DNA from: Candidatus Marinacidobacterales bacterium
GTDB lineage: Bacteria; Acidobacteriota; Vicinamibacteria; Marinacidobacterales; DATDRI01
DNA length: 64,000 nucleotides
Direction: 5' to 3'
Assembly: GCA_965219415.1 (NCBI GenBank)
Contig: OZ244742.1
Span: 2,004,712-2,068,711, forward strand
Under the pieces are notes generated by a model. That model had not been told where the DNA came from. It worked only from the letters and a program-made list of their open reading frames with translations, and made no database searches. A program made the position numbers and the translations under genes. Shown piece after piece: positions 42,185 through 51,821 of this stretch. Positions within the stretch are counted from its first letter, which is position 1, and the number at the start of each line of letters is the position of its first letter.

Positions 42185-42901
42185 GTGAGCATGTTTCGCC
42201 GTTTACTGTCACTAACTACCGGGATCTGTCTCGCCTGGACTGCAGGTTGCAGTACTTCCACGTCACCGTCCCCCACCAATGAGGTCGAAGCGCCGCCCGC
42301 ACAAACGGCGGAGCCGGAACCGAGAGCTCAGTACACCGTCACCTTCGATGCAGCCTGGAGCGCGGCAACCCATTCGGAAGACTTCCCTGGCAACCCCCAC
42401 TTCTCAGGGTTGATCGGCGCCACTCATAACAACGAGGTCCGCTTTTGGAGAGTCGGGAGAAGAGCGTCCGACGGCATCAAGGCCATGGCAGAAAGGGGGA
42501 GCAAGACTCCTCTCGACGAAGAGATCCGCGCCGCAAAAGCCGACGGCACGGCCGACAAGCTATTGTCGGGAGACGGCATCGCTCGATCGCCGGCAAGTGT
42601 GTCCCTCGATTTCGTGATCCGCCGCGACCACCCGTTGGTGACGCTCGTCTCGATGGTCGCTCCGAGCCCCGATTGGTTCGCCGGCGTTTCGGCTCTCAGC
42701 CTTCTCGAAGAGGACCGATGGATCGACGAGCTCACGGTGGAGCTCTTCGCCTACGATGCCGGCACCGATAGCGGAACGACCTACGCGTCTGCCGATCGAC
42801 CAACCTCGCCGCGCGAACCGATCCAGCAAATAGAAGGCCGCCCCCTTGCGGTGGGAGGCCAGGTCGCTCCCGTGGGCAGGTTCACCTTCACCAGGCGCTG
42901 A
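42185..42901 (+). CDS. Spondin_N domain lipoprotein
   Basis: TAGC lipobox; YTVTFDAAWS..HFSGLIGATH, SMVAPSPDWF, YDAGTDSG. Confidence 0.9.
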   Translation: MSMFRRLLSLTTGICLAWTAGCSTSTSPSPTNEVEAPPAQTAEPEPRAQYTVTFDAAWSAATHSEDFPGNPHFSGLIGATHNNEVRFWRVGRRASDGIKAMAERGSKTPLDEEIRAAKADGTADKLLSGDGIARSPASVSLDFVIRRDHPLVTLVSMVAPSPDWFAGVSALSLLEEDRWIDELTVELFAYDAGTDSGTTYASADRPTSPREPIQQIEGRPLAVGGQVAPVGRFTFTRR

Positions 42902-42905
42902 GCAA

Positions 42906-43352
42906 CTACACGGGCCAGCCGCGCCAGGTTCGGGCCACGCGACCATCGGAGTCTAGCTCGCTGCCACAGATGTAAGTCTTGATGTTGTATATCTTGCCAT
43001 CGCGGACTTTGTCGACCACCGCGAAGTAAAACTGAACGCGACTCCCCGGCGGACCTCCATCCCTTGGATTATTGCTCCGAGTACCCAGACCCTCTCCTTC
43101 CAGCACGACCTGGTTCCCCTTCGCGAACAGGTTGGTAATCTCCCACTTCAGATCGGGAAAAGTGTCGAAGTACATTTTCATTTCGTCTCGGATCTGATCC
43201 TTGCCTTCTCGAGGCTCCTCACCCAGATCGAGATCGAGGATGTCATCGGATAGTGGCGAGACCGCCTTGTCGATATCGTGCTCGGACATCCCTTCTATGT
43301 TGGTACGCACCAGCTCCATGTTTGCCAATTCCTCTTCGGTAAACGCGCTCAT
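42906..43352 (-). CDS. SnoaL-like / ester cyclase (NTF2 fold) protein
   Basis: EGKDQIR..FDTFPDLKWEI..AKGNQVV..VRDGKI; GGAGG RBS. Confidence 0.85.
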   Translation of the reverse strand: MSAFTEEELANMELVRTNIEGMSEHDIDKAVSPLSDDILDLDLGEEPREGKDQIRDEMKMYFDTFPDLKWEITNLFAKGNQVVLEGEGLGTRSNNPRDGGPPGSRVQFYFAVVDKVRDGKIYNIKTYICGSELDSDGRVARTWRGWPV

Positions 43353-43363
43353 ATTCGCCTCCT

Positions 43364-44707
43364 CTAGGGTGTCGTGACCGAACGTGCCATGGAGCTCTTC
43401 CTTCGGTCCCGGAGGATCTCGCCATCCTTGATGACCAAAATAGGTCGCGTCACGACCGTGATGTCATCGAGCGGATTGCCGGGGACCACGATCACGTCCG
43501 CAAGCTTTCCGACTTCCAGCGTTCCGACCGAATCGCCCAGTCCGGCCGTCATCGCACCCACTTGGGTCGCCGCCTGAAGCACTTCTATGGCAGAGTAGCC
43601 CCAAGCCATGAATTGCTTCAGCTCGGCGTTGTAGAAGCCTGCGATCTTGTTTTGGTACTGACCCTCGACGTCGGTTGCAACCGCCATCGGAATTCCGGCC
43701 TGGTGCATCTTGCGGAAGCGATCCTCGTAGTGCTTGCCCGAAAGCTGGAATCGATTGTCGTCCTCGGAAGGATGGTCCCAACTGTCGCGGGCACCGCGCC
43801 TCGATGTGCTGACCGTGGGGACGATGATCGTTCCTTGTCTCTTCATCATTTCGATGACCTGGGCCTCGTTCTTCATCGGATAGAGATGCTCGATGATATC
43901 GGCGCCCGCGGCGACCGCCCATTCCACCATCATCATGTCCCAGTCCGCGTACCATCCGGAGGCAACCGGCTTGCCGCCCTTCCTGCCACCGGCGTGAACG
44001 GAAATGAGCGCACCCAGGCTATGGGTCGTCTCCACGGCTACTCCCACTTCCTCGGCAGTGTACGGAGGAGTCACCTTTGTGAAATCGGCCCCGAGCGCGA
44101 AGTTCTTGCGGATGTTCCTCCGCCACTCGCCGGGCGAGTCCGACGGCACCATGACTTTCTCGGGAAGCATCAACTCGAACTCTCCGCCGTGCGCCCCGGT
44201 GGACGCCATGACCTGATTCGCCACGACGAAGCGGGGGCCTTCCAGATACCCTTTCTGAATCGCCAGCTTGAGGCCGATGGCCACGTTATGGCGCGCTCCC
44301 AGATCGCGAACCAAGGTGATGCCGCCATCAAGCGCCTGCTTCAGGATCGCAGCCCCCCGAAGCGCACACAACGAATCGTCCTCGAAGTCTCGAGGATGAG
44401 GAAGGTAGAACGCCGGGTGGGTATGCGCGTCGACGAGACCGGGAAGAACGGTAGCGCCCCGGACTTCGATAACCTGGGCGCCGTCGGGAACACTTACCTG
44501 ACCCTTAGGACCGATTTGGGTGATGCGGTTGCCTTCGATGACGACCGCATGGCCCTTTTTCGCCCGCGCTCCGGTCGAATCGATCAGCGTCTCTCCAATC
44601 ACGACGAGCGGCGGACGCGATTCGTCCTCTTGTACCGGCATAGCGGTGGAGCTAGCGACAGTTATAGACATCATTATTAGTAGACATGGCACTCGTAGTA
44701 CCTTCAT
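43364..44707 (-). CDS. secreted amidohydrolase (prolidase-like subfamily)
   Basis: signal peptide; PGLVDAHTH, GITLVRDLG, IEH, ATD, GTLEVGKLADVI. Confidence 0.92.
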   Translation of the reverse strand: MKVLRVPCLLIMMSITVASSTAMPVQEDESRPPLVVIGETLIDSTGARAKKGHAVVIEGNRITQIGPKGQVSVPDGAQVIEVRGATVLPGLVDAHTHPAFYLPHPRDFEDDSLCALRGAAILKQALDGGITLVRDLGARHNVAIGLKLAIQKGYLEGPRFVVANQVMASTGAHGGEFELMLPEKVMVPSDSPGEWRRNIRKNFALGADFTKVTPPYTAEEVGVAVETTHSLGALISVHAGGRKGGKPVASGWYADWDMMMVEWAVAAGADIIEHLYPMKNEAQVIEMMKRQGTIIVPTVSTSRRGARDSWDHPSEDDNRFQLSGKHYEDRFRKMHQAGIPMAVATDVEGQYQNKIAGFYNAELKQFMAWGYSAIEVLQAATQVGAMTAGLGDSVGTLEVGKLADVIVVPGNPLDDITVVTRPILVIKDGEILRDRRKSSMARSVTTP

Positions 44708-44709
44708 TT

Positions 44710-46497
44710 TTATTTCTCCGTTTCCGCGGGCTGAGCCTTGCGCAGCGCGAGCCCTAGCTCGCGGAGCTGCTCGTCGGTGACCTTGGAAGGCGAGCCGGTC
44801 ATCAAATCGAAGGCCGAGGTCGTTTTGGGGAAAGCGATGACATCCCGAAGGCTCGTGCCACCGGCTACCACCATCGCCAACCGATCGAAGCCGATCGCAA
44901 TACCCCCGTGGGGTGGAGCACCGTACTGGAGTGCCTCCAGGAAGAAACCGAACTTCGTCTGCGCCTCTTCCTCTCCAATTTTCAGCCCTCGAAAAATTCG
45001 CGACTGGACGTCGGCGCGATGGATACGGATGCTACCGCTTCCGAGCTCGTAGCCGCAGCCGACGAGGTCATAGGCGAGAGACCGTACCGATCCGGGATCC
45101 GACTCTAGCCTCTCTAGATCATCGGGGTGCGGCGAAGTAAAGGGATGATGGCTCGAGCCCCATTCCTTTCGTGCCTCGTCCCACTCGAAGAGAGGGAATT
45201 CAGTAACCCAGCAGAGTCCCCAGGATGACGTGTTCGCCAGCCCCTCTCTCTTGCCGACCTCGAGCCGTAGCGCTCCCAAAACAACGGCGGCCGCTCTCGG
45301 CTCGCCCGCAATTAGAAGCAGAAGATCGCCCGGACCGCCCTTCGCTTCCTTGAACGCTTCCTTCAGACGTTCCTCGCCGACGTGCTTCGCCAGAGGCGAG
45401 CTCAGCTCGGAGTCGGTCCATCGCGCCCATCCCATCCCGGCTGCCCCCTGAGCCTTGCCGAGCCTCTCCAAACCGTCGATGTCTTTTCGAGAATAACGGG
45501 CACATCCTGGAGCGGCGATCGCTTTCACCGCGCCACCGCCCGATAGAACACCTTCGAACACTTTGTACTCGGAGCCCGAAAAGACCTTGGAGACATCAGC
45601 GATCTCGACCGCGAAGCGCAGATCGGGTTTGTCGATCCCGTAGCGGTCCATCGCCTCCGCCCATGTCAACCTCGGAAAGGGGGCGCCGGCTGAAATCCCG
45701 ACCTCGCGAAGCACGGAAGTCAGCATACCCTCGACAACCTCGAAGACATCATCCTGTTCGATGAATGACATCTCGATGTCGATCTGTGTGAACTCCGGCT
45801 GGCGATCGGCACGGAGATCTTCATCCCGAAAGCAGCGCGCGATCTGAAAGTAACGATCGAAGCCGGCCACCATCAGGATCTGCTTGAAGAGCTGCGGCGA
45901 TTGAGGTAGCGCATAGAAGGAGCCCTTTTGAGTGCGGCTCGGTACTAGGTAGTCTCGCGCTCCCTCCGGTGTGGACTTGGTCAGGAACGGAGTTTCGATC
46001 TCGAGGAAGCCCTCTTTTTCCAAGTAGCGTCGCGTCGCCAAGGCCAGCCGGCTGCGAGTCGCGATGTTCCGAAATAGGCCAGGGCGCCGCAAGTCTAGAA
46101 AGCGATACCTCAAGCGAAGCTCCTCGCCGACGTTCCCCGCTTCGTCGGGAAGAAACGGAGGAGTCTTCGATTCCGAGAGGACCCGGAGCGCGCTGGTTGC
46201 CACTTCAATTTTCCCGGTGGCCAAGTTCGGGTTGATGGACTCCTTGCCCCTCAAGACGACGGTGCCGCGGGCCGCGATCACCCATTCCGAGCCCACTCGC
46301 TTCGCCAGCTCGGACGCTTCTTGACTCGCTTCCGGTCGTACCAAAACCTGAGTGACTCCTTCGCGATCGCGAAGATCGATGAACGAAATCCCTCCCAGGT
46401 CACGAACGCCGCTCACCCATCCCATGAGCACGACTTCGCTCCCGGAATCCGAGGCACGAAGCGCGCCGCAACTGTGGGTACGTCTCCAGCTGGTCAT
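44710..46497 (-). CDS. aspS: aspartate--tRNA ligase
   Basis: [57 protein letters not shown]. Confidence 0.99.
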   Translation of the reverse strand: MTSWRRTHSCGALRASDSGSEVVLMGWVSGVRDLGGISFIDLRDREGVTQVLVRPEASQEASELAKRVGSEWVIAARGTVVLRGKESINPNLATGKIEVATSALRVLSESKTPPFLPDEAGNVGEELRLRYRFLDLRRPGLFRNIATRSRLALATRRYLEKEGFLEIETPFLTKSTPEGARDYLVPSRTQKGSFYALPQSPQLFKQILMVAGFDRYFQIARCFRDEDLRADRQPEFTQIDIEMSFIEQDDVFEVVEGMLTSVLREVGISAGAPFPRLTWAEAMDRYGIDKPDLRFAVEIADVSKVFSGSEYKVFEGVLSGGGAVKAIAAPGCARYSRKDIDGLERLGKAQGAAGMGWARWTDSELSSPLAKHVGEERLKEAFKEAKGGPGDLLLLIAGEPRAAAVVLGALRLEVGKREGLANTSSWGLCWVTEFPLFEWDEARKEWGSSHHPFTSPHPDDLERLESDPGSVRSLAYDLVGCGYELGSGSIRIHRADVQSRIFRGLKIGEEEAQTKFGFFLEALQYGAPPHGGIAIGFDRLAMVVAGGTSLRDVIAFPKTTSAFDLMTGSPSKVTDEQLRELGLALRKAQPAETEK

Positions 46498-47021
46498 TTA
46501 AGAGTTGGGGGAGAAGTCGGAAGGTATTTGTTCTTGAGCTCGACGTAGTGCCTTGCCGAGTAGACGAGGTGCTCGAGCTCGGCTTCGGTCAAAGATCTCG
46601 CCACCCGGGCGGGAACTCCGCGAGCCAGACTACGAGGTGGGATCTCCGTTCCCGGCCCCACCACGGCTCCCGCCGCCACGAGAGACTCCGGACCCACCTT
46701 GGCATCGTCCAGGACGATCGCTCCCATGCCGATGAGGGCACCTTTCATGACGTGACAACCGTGCAAGATGGCACGATGCCCGACGGTGACATCGTCTTCC
46801 ACCACGGTAGGGTGAGTTCCTTCGTTGACGTGAATCACACTCAGGTCTTGAATGTTCGTTCGTGCACCGATGCGAATGTAATGAACGTCACCTCGCATCA
46901 CGGCTCCGAACCATACACTCACATCCTCGCCGAGCTCGACGTCTCCGATCACTTGAGCGCTCGGCGCAACAAACACACTCTCATCGAGCCGGGGGTGCTT
47001 GCCCCCGAAGGACGTAATCAA
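46494..47021 (-). CDS. gamma carbonic anhydrase family protein
   Basis: hexapeptide repeats, RGD, TNIQD..H, VTVGH..LHGC. Confidence 0.95.
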   Translation of the reverse strand: MITSFGGKHPRLDESVFVAPSAQVIGDVELGEDVSVWFGAVMRGDVHYIRIGARTNIQDLSVIHVNEGTHPTVVEDDVTVGHRAILHGCHVMKGALIGMGAIVLDDAKVGPESLVAAGAVVGPGTEIPPRSLARGVPARVARSLTEAELEHLVYSARHYVELKNKYLPTSPPTLK

Positions 47022-47024
47022 TCG

Positions 47025-47900
47025 CTAGCCTCCTTCGACCGGACGAAGCCAGAGGAGGCCTCGCGGAAAATCGTAGGTAACGGATAGGTGGCGGAGGATC
47101 GGAGTCCCGAGCACTCCCACCGGAAGCCCGGGGTAGGGCAGCTTGTCCATCTCGCCGAGCTGGAAGATCACCTTCTCGGTCGTAAACCCCCCCACGCTCA
47201 GTTTGCCGAGCTCCACTCCGGTCGCCTTCTTCTCAGCCAAGCCCTGCTCGCGGGCCCATTTGGAGTCGAGAAAGTTGATGGGGGCGGTGGCATCGACTAC
47301 GAAGTAGGCCGAGATCGAGTCATTAATCGAGATCGAGTCATTAATGATGACCTCTACATTAATAGTAGTCAGTCCTTCTTCGAAGAAAATGCCGCCCGCA
47401 GGCACATCCGGTCCTTCCGGAGAAGGCTCCAGTAGTAGGAGCTCGCGAGGGTAGTGGATCGTGAGGCGAAACGGGTTGAGGAACGCCCTTCCGATTCTAC
47501 CGTAGGTGGGATAACCGTCGGCTCGAGTGATGTTGTCCCCTTCCACGAGGAGGGCCCGAATCCCCTTGATGCCGACGTTGCCGATTTGGAGCGTCTCCAA
47601 ATACACCACCGGCAGCTTTTCCTTCTCGCCTAGGTACTCGATCTCTTGCTTCTCCTCTCGGCTGGCAAGCTGCATCCCGCTACCTTCGATGAGAAAACCA
47701 TCGAGAAGCACGTCGGGAATCGCCGGATCGATGAGAAGCGGAAACCCCTCGCTGCCATTGACGTGTACCGGCACTATCGGAACGGCCAAGTTCGGGATCA
47801 TCTCGAAATTGATCCAAGTCGGAGCTTCGGTTTGTGCTCCCGACATCGCCATCGCCGCGAGGACGAGGCCGGCGATGGTGCAGGAAATTTTCTTCCTCAT
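47025..47900 (-). CDS. secreted tandem retropepsin-like (aspartyl protease) domain protein
   Basis: signal peptide from ATG 47900; VHVNG..LLIDPA, GRIGRAFL..TIHYP, FVVDAT, GVLG..IL..VTYDFP. Confidence 0.75.
   Translation of the reverse strand: MRKKISCTIAGLVLAAMAMSGAQTEAPTWINFEMIPNLAVPIVPVHVNGSEGFPLLIDPAIPDVLLDGFLIEGSGMQLASREEKQEIEYLGEKEKLPVVYLETLQIGNVGIKGIRALLVEGDNITRADGYPTYGRIGRAFLNPFRLTIHYPRELLLLEPSPEGPDVPAGGIFFEEGLTTINVEVIINDSISINDSISAYFVVDATAPINFLDSKWAREQGLAEKKATGVELGKLSVGGFTTEKVIFQLGEMDKLPYPGLPVGVLGTPILRHLSVTYDFPRGLLWLRPVEGG
47310..47345. repeat. perfect 18-bp tandem duplication
   Basis: CGAGATCGAGTCATTAAT x2, encoding INDSIS-INDSIS. Confidence 0.9.
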
Positions 47901-48844
47901 TGCCCGGACGTTTCCTTCTTTGGGTGCGAAATAATCTCGACCTCGGTCAAAACTTCGTCGACCCTCATTCCCCGCTGGCACTCGAATTGAAAGGTCGTGT
48001 GGTTGATGTTGAATTGCTCTTTCAAGAACTCCTCTGCTTGCTGCGCGAGCTTTTCGGTCTCGCTTACCCTCAGGTCGTCGACATCCACGTGAGCCGAGAG
48101 GGCATACATCCCAGAGGTGATGCACCAAACGTGCAAGTGGTGCACGTCCCGGATACCCGGGATTCGCCGCAAGCTGTCGATCACATCCCGCATCTCAACG
48201 TCGCGCGGCGTGGCTTCGAGTAGGATTTCTACCGAGTCCCAGACGAGACGGAGAGCCCAGAAAAGGATCACCGCGCAAATAACGACCGAGAGTAGAGGAT
48301 CGATGACCGTCCATCCGGTCAGCGATATGACGACTGCACCCGCGATGACCGCCACCGAAGAGAAGGTATCGGTCAGTAGATGGAAGAACGCGCCTTTGAT
48401 GTTGAGATCCTTGTGCTCGGCGCCGCCGAGTATGACCGCCCCAATCAAATTGACGACCAGGCCCAAGACCGCAATGGCCAGCAATGGACCGGTGGAGATC
48501 GGCACCGGGTTGAAGAAACGGTCGTAAGCCTCGTAAAAGATGCCGATCGAGATCGCGAAGAGCGTGGCACCGTTGAAGAGAGCGGCGAGTATCTCCAGGC
48601 GGTTGAGACCGTAGGTGCGCCGTTCCGTGGCGGGCCGTTCGGAGAACAAAAGCGCTAGGTAGGACACCCCCAGAGCCAGCAAGTGGGTAAACATGTGGCC
48701 GGCGTCGGAAAGAAGGGCTAGGGAGTTGGTGAGAAAACCTCCCACCGCTTCGCCGACGAAGGCGACACCGGTGAGGACCATCGTCCACAACAGGCGCCGG
48801 CGGTTTTGCACGCGGTGGTGGTGGGTGCTAAATCCGGGGCTCAT
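47897..48844 (-). CDS. czcD: cation diffusion facilitator (CzcD/ZitB-like)
   Basis: SLALLSDAGHM, RLEILAA, NIKGAFFHLLTD, HHLHVW, HTTFQFE; ATG 48844. Confidence 0.92.
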   Translation of the reverse strand: MSPGFSTHHHRVQNRRRLLWTMVLTGVAFVGEAVGGFLTNSLALLSDAGHMFTHLLALGVSYLALLFSERPATERRTYGLNRLEILAALFNGATLFAISIGIFYEAYDRFFNPVPISTGPLLAIAVLGLVVNLIGAVILGGAEHKDLNIKGAFFHLLTDTFSSVAVIAGAVVISLTGWTVIDPLLSVVICAVILFWALRLVWDSVEILLEATPRDVEMRDVIDSLRRIPGIRDVHHLHVWCITSGMYALSAHVDVDDLRVSETEKLAQQAEEFLKEQFNINHTTFQFECQRGMRVDEVLTEVEIISHPKKETSGQ

Positions 48845-48979
48845 GGGGGTGCTCTCGAGGAAACGATAACAGACTGGTTGCCGACCAGCCAGTGGTTTTC
48901 GATGCCGGCCGGACAGCCCTGAGCCCGAGCGCAGGTAGAGTACCGGCTCGGTCGGCCGCCGGCGAGATCCCGCCCGCAA

Positions 48980-49228
48980 CTAATCTGAATGGATGAGTTT
49001 CAGTGCGAAACGGTCGATGCCGGTTCTTGATACCAGCCGAAGTCCTGAAGTGTGGATCGCCTTTTGACGCGGGGGCAATTCGGCGAAGGGGCGTTCCAGT
49101 TGTTTCGTTGCCGCAAAGGAAGCGGGGAGTTCCCAGAGCCAATGTTCCACCAGGAATTCCAAGTAAGCCGTGCGTGCGAGGTTTTCTTCTGCTTCTAACC
49201 AGTCGCGCTTCGGAACCGCTTGAGCCAT
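48980..49228 (-). CDS. hypothetical protein (82 aa), probably sigma54-transcribed
   Basis: ATG 49228 with GGAGGT RBS; sigma54 motif 41 nt upstream. Confidence 0.65.
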   Translation of the reverse strand: MAQAVPKRDWLEAEENLARTAYLEFLVEHWLWELPASFAATKQLERPFAELPPRQKAIHTSGLRLVSRTGIDRFALKLIHSD

Positions 49229-49268
49229 CGCTGGACCTCCTGCCACTTCGCCTTTCACCCATACGTAA

Positions 49269-49284
49269 AGCAAGACATATGCCA
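49269..49284 (-). promoter_or_regulatory. sigma54 promoter
   Basis: TGGCATATGTCTTGCT. Confidence 0.75.
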
Positions 49285-49389
49285 GACGCGAAAAATGGCA
49301 GGGCAACTCACTACAATCCCTTGAAAACAAAGGGAATTATATACAATCTTAGCCACGCCTGCCAGTGGTCCGATTCCGACCACCAGGCG

Positions 49390-49566
49390 CTACTTCTTCT
49401 CTACCTTGGCTCCCGAGCCGGGCTTGAGGAAGTCCCAGTTTTCGGCCGGCGGCCCCTGCATACACGCCCGAGCGATGTTCTCCGGCGTGTCTGGGATAGG
49501 TTCTGGCACAACGTAGATTGCAGGACGGCCGCGCCCACGCTTCTTCTTTCGTTCTTTTCGCTTCAT
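49390..49566 (-). CDS. 58-aa basic protein with AT-hook-like GRGRP and PEPIPDTPENIA motif (IS cargo)
   Basis: GGAGGAGG RBS, ATG 49566; ends 33 nt inside the IR. Confidence 0.7.
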   Translation of the reverse strand: MKRKERKKKRGRGRPAIYVVPEPIPDTPENIARACMQGPPAENWDFLKPGSGAKVEKK

Positions 49567-49597
49567 CGTCAATTCCTCCTCCTGGGCTGGGTTCGAT

Positions 49598-49930
49598 TCA
49601 GCAACTTGATTGTTTTTTCTTTGCGAGTCTATATATAATCCCGTTCGTGTAGATGCGTTTTGGATCTGGTTTGCCACTTGCGCCGATTTCTCCCGTTTTA
49701 CGAAGGTATTGGTGTATTCGGACGACCTCGTTGCCATCCTGGGAACGGTATGAGACCATTTGACTACGGGTGCAAAAAGGCTCATTGGCTGCATTTAACG
49801 TGGGGTGACGATCTCTGAGGATAGTTGACGTAAGTTCTCCACTCTGGAGTTTGGTGGTGTAATGCCCGTCGTTGAATATACGACGCATTTCATCTTGCGT
49901 AATTCGTTCGACCGGAGGAGATTTCGACAT
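49598..49930 (-). CDS. hypothetical basic protein, possible small toxin/nuclease (IS cargo)
   Basis: 110-aa ORF with EPFCTRSQ..VRIHQY..GASGKPDPK; function inferred only. Confidence 0.6.
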   Translation of the reverse strand: MSKSPPVERITQDEMRRIFNDGHYTTKLQSGELTSTILRDRHPTLNAANEPFCTRSQMVSYRSQDGNEVVRIHQYLRKTGEIGASGKPDPKRIYTNGIIYRLAKKKQSSC

Positions 49931-50366
49931 GGTATCAATTGAGCTAATTCGTGAATACGTCGATCAATTACTTGCGAACAACTGTTCGCTTGATGAGTTC
50001 GAAGATTGGTTGGTTGGCGCTAGCTGGAATATGCACCAGAATGCCGACAGCGAAGTTCAGCAGCTCGTCGGATTTCTGGAGTTGCACCTTGCGGAGTATT
50101 CGGCGGGCCATCTTGACTATTCCGATCTTATCGTTGAACTTCGTACGCTCCAACTACACGGGGCTACTCAAGCTCCATTCCAGGCTGTGTTCATATCATT
50201 TGCTGATCCATCATCGGTACCTAGCTGTGTTGTTCCTCTGACGACAGAGCGTGATGTGCCTGACTACCAGTTGAGATTTGATAGGCCACGAACCTCCCCT
50301 GTGACAACCACAGGCTCGGCCAAAACGGTCGTGCGAGAGCGCACAGCAATCCAATCACGAACCTGA
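49929..50366 (+). CDS. hypothetical acidic helical protein, possible immunity protein (IS cargo)
   Basis: ATG 49929 with GGAGGAG RBS; IREYVDQLLANNCSLDEFEDWL..W resembles colicin D immunity-type helices. Confidence 0.6.
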   Translation: MVSIELIREYVDQLLANNCSLDEFEDWLVGASWNMHQNADSEVQQLVGFLELHLAEYSAGHLDYSDLIVELRTLQLHGATQAPFQAVFISFADPSSVPSCVVPLTTERDVPDYQLRFDRPRTSPVTTTGSAKTVVRERTAIQSRT

Positions 50367-50780
50367 ATCTGCTAGTGGCGGCGTCCCTCCATTGGCTGGG
50401 AGCACTGTAGTTGTGTTCGCGACCGTCAATCCAACCGTTTTAGCAAGCGCGCCTCCGAGATAGAGAGAAAAGGAGTATAGGCCAAAATCCGGCAATGGTA
50501 CGCCCTGTAGGTTTGCAATGATATTGACCGTACCTGCAAGGGGAGTCTTGAACTTGCCTCCTATGGAACCAAGCGTCCCGCCAGTTGGTCTAGTTATTTC
50601 AACCTTGAACTCCACTTCTTCGTTTGCGTCGCCCATGACTTTGAACACAAGCGACGCTTGATGATGCTGGGAAGGAACCGCTTGCGTGAAGATACGATCA
50701 AAAATGCCGATAACGCAGGTCTTACGGCCTTCATCCTTAAAAGCGTAGTCGCACAATATCGCCCATTCACATTCCGCCAT
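50355..50780 (-). CDS. DUF6941-like beta-sandwich protein (IS cargo)
   Basis: AILCDYA..GRKTCVIGIFDRI..P..G.YSFSL pattern; GGAG RBS. Confidence 0.7.
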   Translation of the reverse strand: MAECEWAILCDYAFKDEGRKTCVIGIFDRIFTQAVPSQHHQASLVFKVMGDANEEVEFKVEITRPTGGTLGSIGGKFKTPLAGTVNIIANLQGVPLPDFGLYSFSLYLGGALAKTVGLTVANTTTVLPANGGTPPLADSGS

Positions 50781-50828
50781 TGCATTCTCCGTTTCGCCTT
50801 GTTATTGCCTGAACATAACTTGATGGAG

Positions 50829-51767
50829 TTACGCGATGAGATCCCTGTAGCGCAGACGCTTCCCGTCCATGCCTCGCGCCATCGCTCGCATCTGGTCGAT
50901 GGTGTCGGCCGTTCGAATGTTGTGACGGCCTGAGAATTCGTCTACGTAGTGGTGCAAGTGCTTCGGGCTCATCCGGTGGTACGTGCCGACGTATCCGCGC
51001 TTGAGCATCGCCCAGAAGCTCTCAATCCCGTTGGTGTGCGCCTGCCCGTTGACGTACTCCTTCACAGAGTGTCGGACGGTTTCATGGTTCGGCAATCCCT
51101 CGTAGCCCCCGTGGTCGTCGGTGTAAACCTTCGAGCCAGGTGCTACGTTCTTGGCGACGAAGCCCTGTAGGGTGAGCTGACCGGTGTCCTCAATGACCTG
51201 GGCGCTTACGCGGTTGGTCTGGCGGTCCTTCGCACCGACGACGGCGGTCTTGCCTACGGCTCCACGGCCCTTGATGACCTGCTGGCGCTTGTGCGCGTGC
51301 ATATTACGAGCCTTGCCACCCACGAACGTCTCGTCTACCTCAACCGGACCAGCGAACGGTGCGCCCCCCTTGCCCCAAGTCTCACGGATTCGGTGGGCAA
51401 GGAACCACGCCGTTTTCTGGGTGGTTTTCAGGTCGCGGTGAAGCTTCATGCTCGACGTACCCTTGAGACCAGTCGCCAGCAGGTAGAACGCGATCGCCCA
51501 CTTCTGAAGGCCGAGGTTAGAAGATTCCATCAGGGTTCCAGTCCTTACGGAGAAGTGCTTCCGGCAGCTTCGGCAGCGGTATGGCTGTGGCTTTCGAGTC
51601 CGCACCGTCTCGACGTTAGGAGATTCGCACCGAGGGCAGGTTGGGCCATTGGGCCATCGAGTCTCTACGAACCACTGTTCGGCTTTTGGGTTGTCGGGAA
51701 ACAGTTGGGTGAGCTCGACGAGCGATAATCCTTCTCGGTAGTGCTTGCCAGGTGCCGTGTGCGCCAT
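50829..51767 (-). CDS. IS1595 family transposase
   Basis: Zn ribbon RWPNGPTCPRC..YRCRSC..FSVRTGT, HTH (QKTAWF..HRIR), VEVDETF, VYTDD, HTNGIESFW, YVDEF..RHN. Confidence 0.97.
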   Translation of the reverse strand: MAHTAPGKHYREGLSLVELTQLFPDNPKAEQWFVETRWPNGPTCPRCESPNVETVRTRKPQPYRCRSCRKHFSVRTGTLMESSNLGLQKWAIAFYLLATGLKGTSSMKLHRDLKTTQKTAWFLAHRIRETWGKGGAPFAGPVEVDETFVGGKARNMHAHKRQQVIKGRGAVGKTAVVGAKDRQTNRVSAQVIEDTGQLTLQGFVAKNVAPGSKVYTDDHGGYEGLPNHETVRHSVKEYVNGQAHTNGIESFWAMLKRGYVGTYHRMSPKHLHHYVDEFSGRHNIRTADTIDQMRAMARGMDGKRLRYRDLIA

Positions 51768-51792
51768 CTTGATATCTCCTATTTACTGACTT

Positions 51793-51821
51793 ATTCTAGC
51801 CAGAATACAGGGCGATGTCAA
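51793..51821 (-). promoter_or_regulatory. near-consensus sigma70 promoter of the transposase/cargo unit
   Basis: TTGACA-17 nt-TAGAAT just inside the IR, then TAGGAG RBS. Confidence 0.8.

Noticed and set aside
47901-48128. Extended starts of the 367-aa, 360-aa, 772-aa and 838-aa ORFs
   Set aside because: The extensions overlap neighbouring genes or intergenic DNA; downstream starts fit signal peptides and family N-termini
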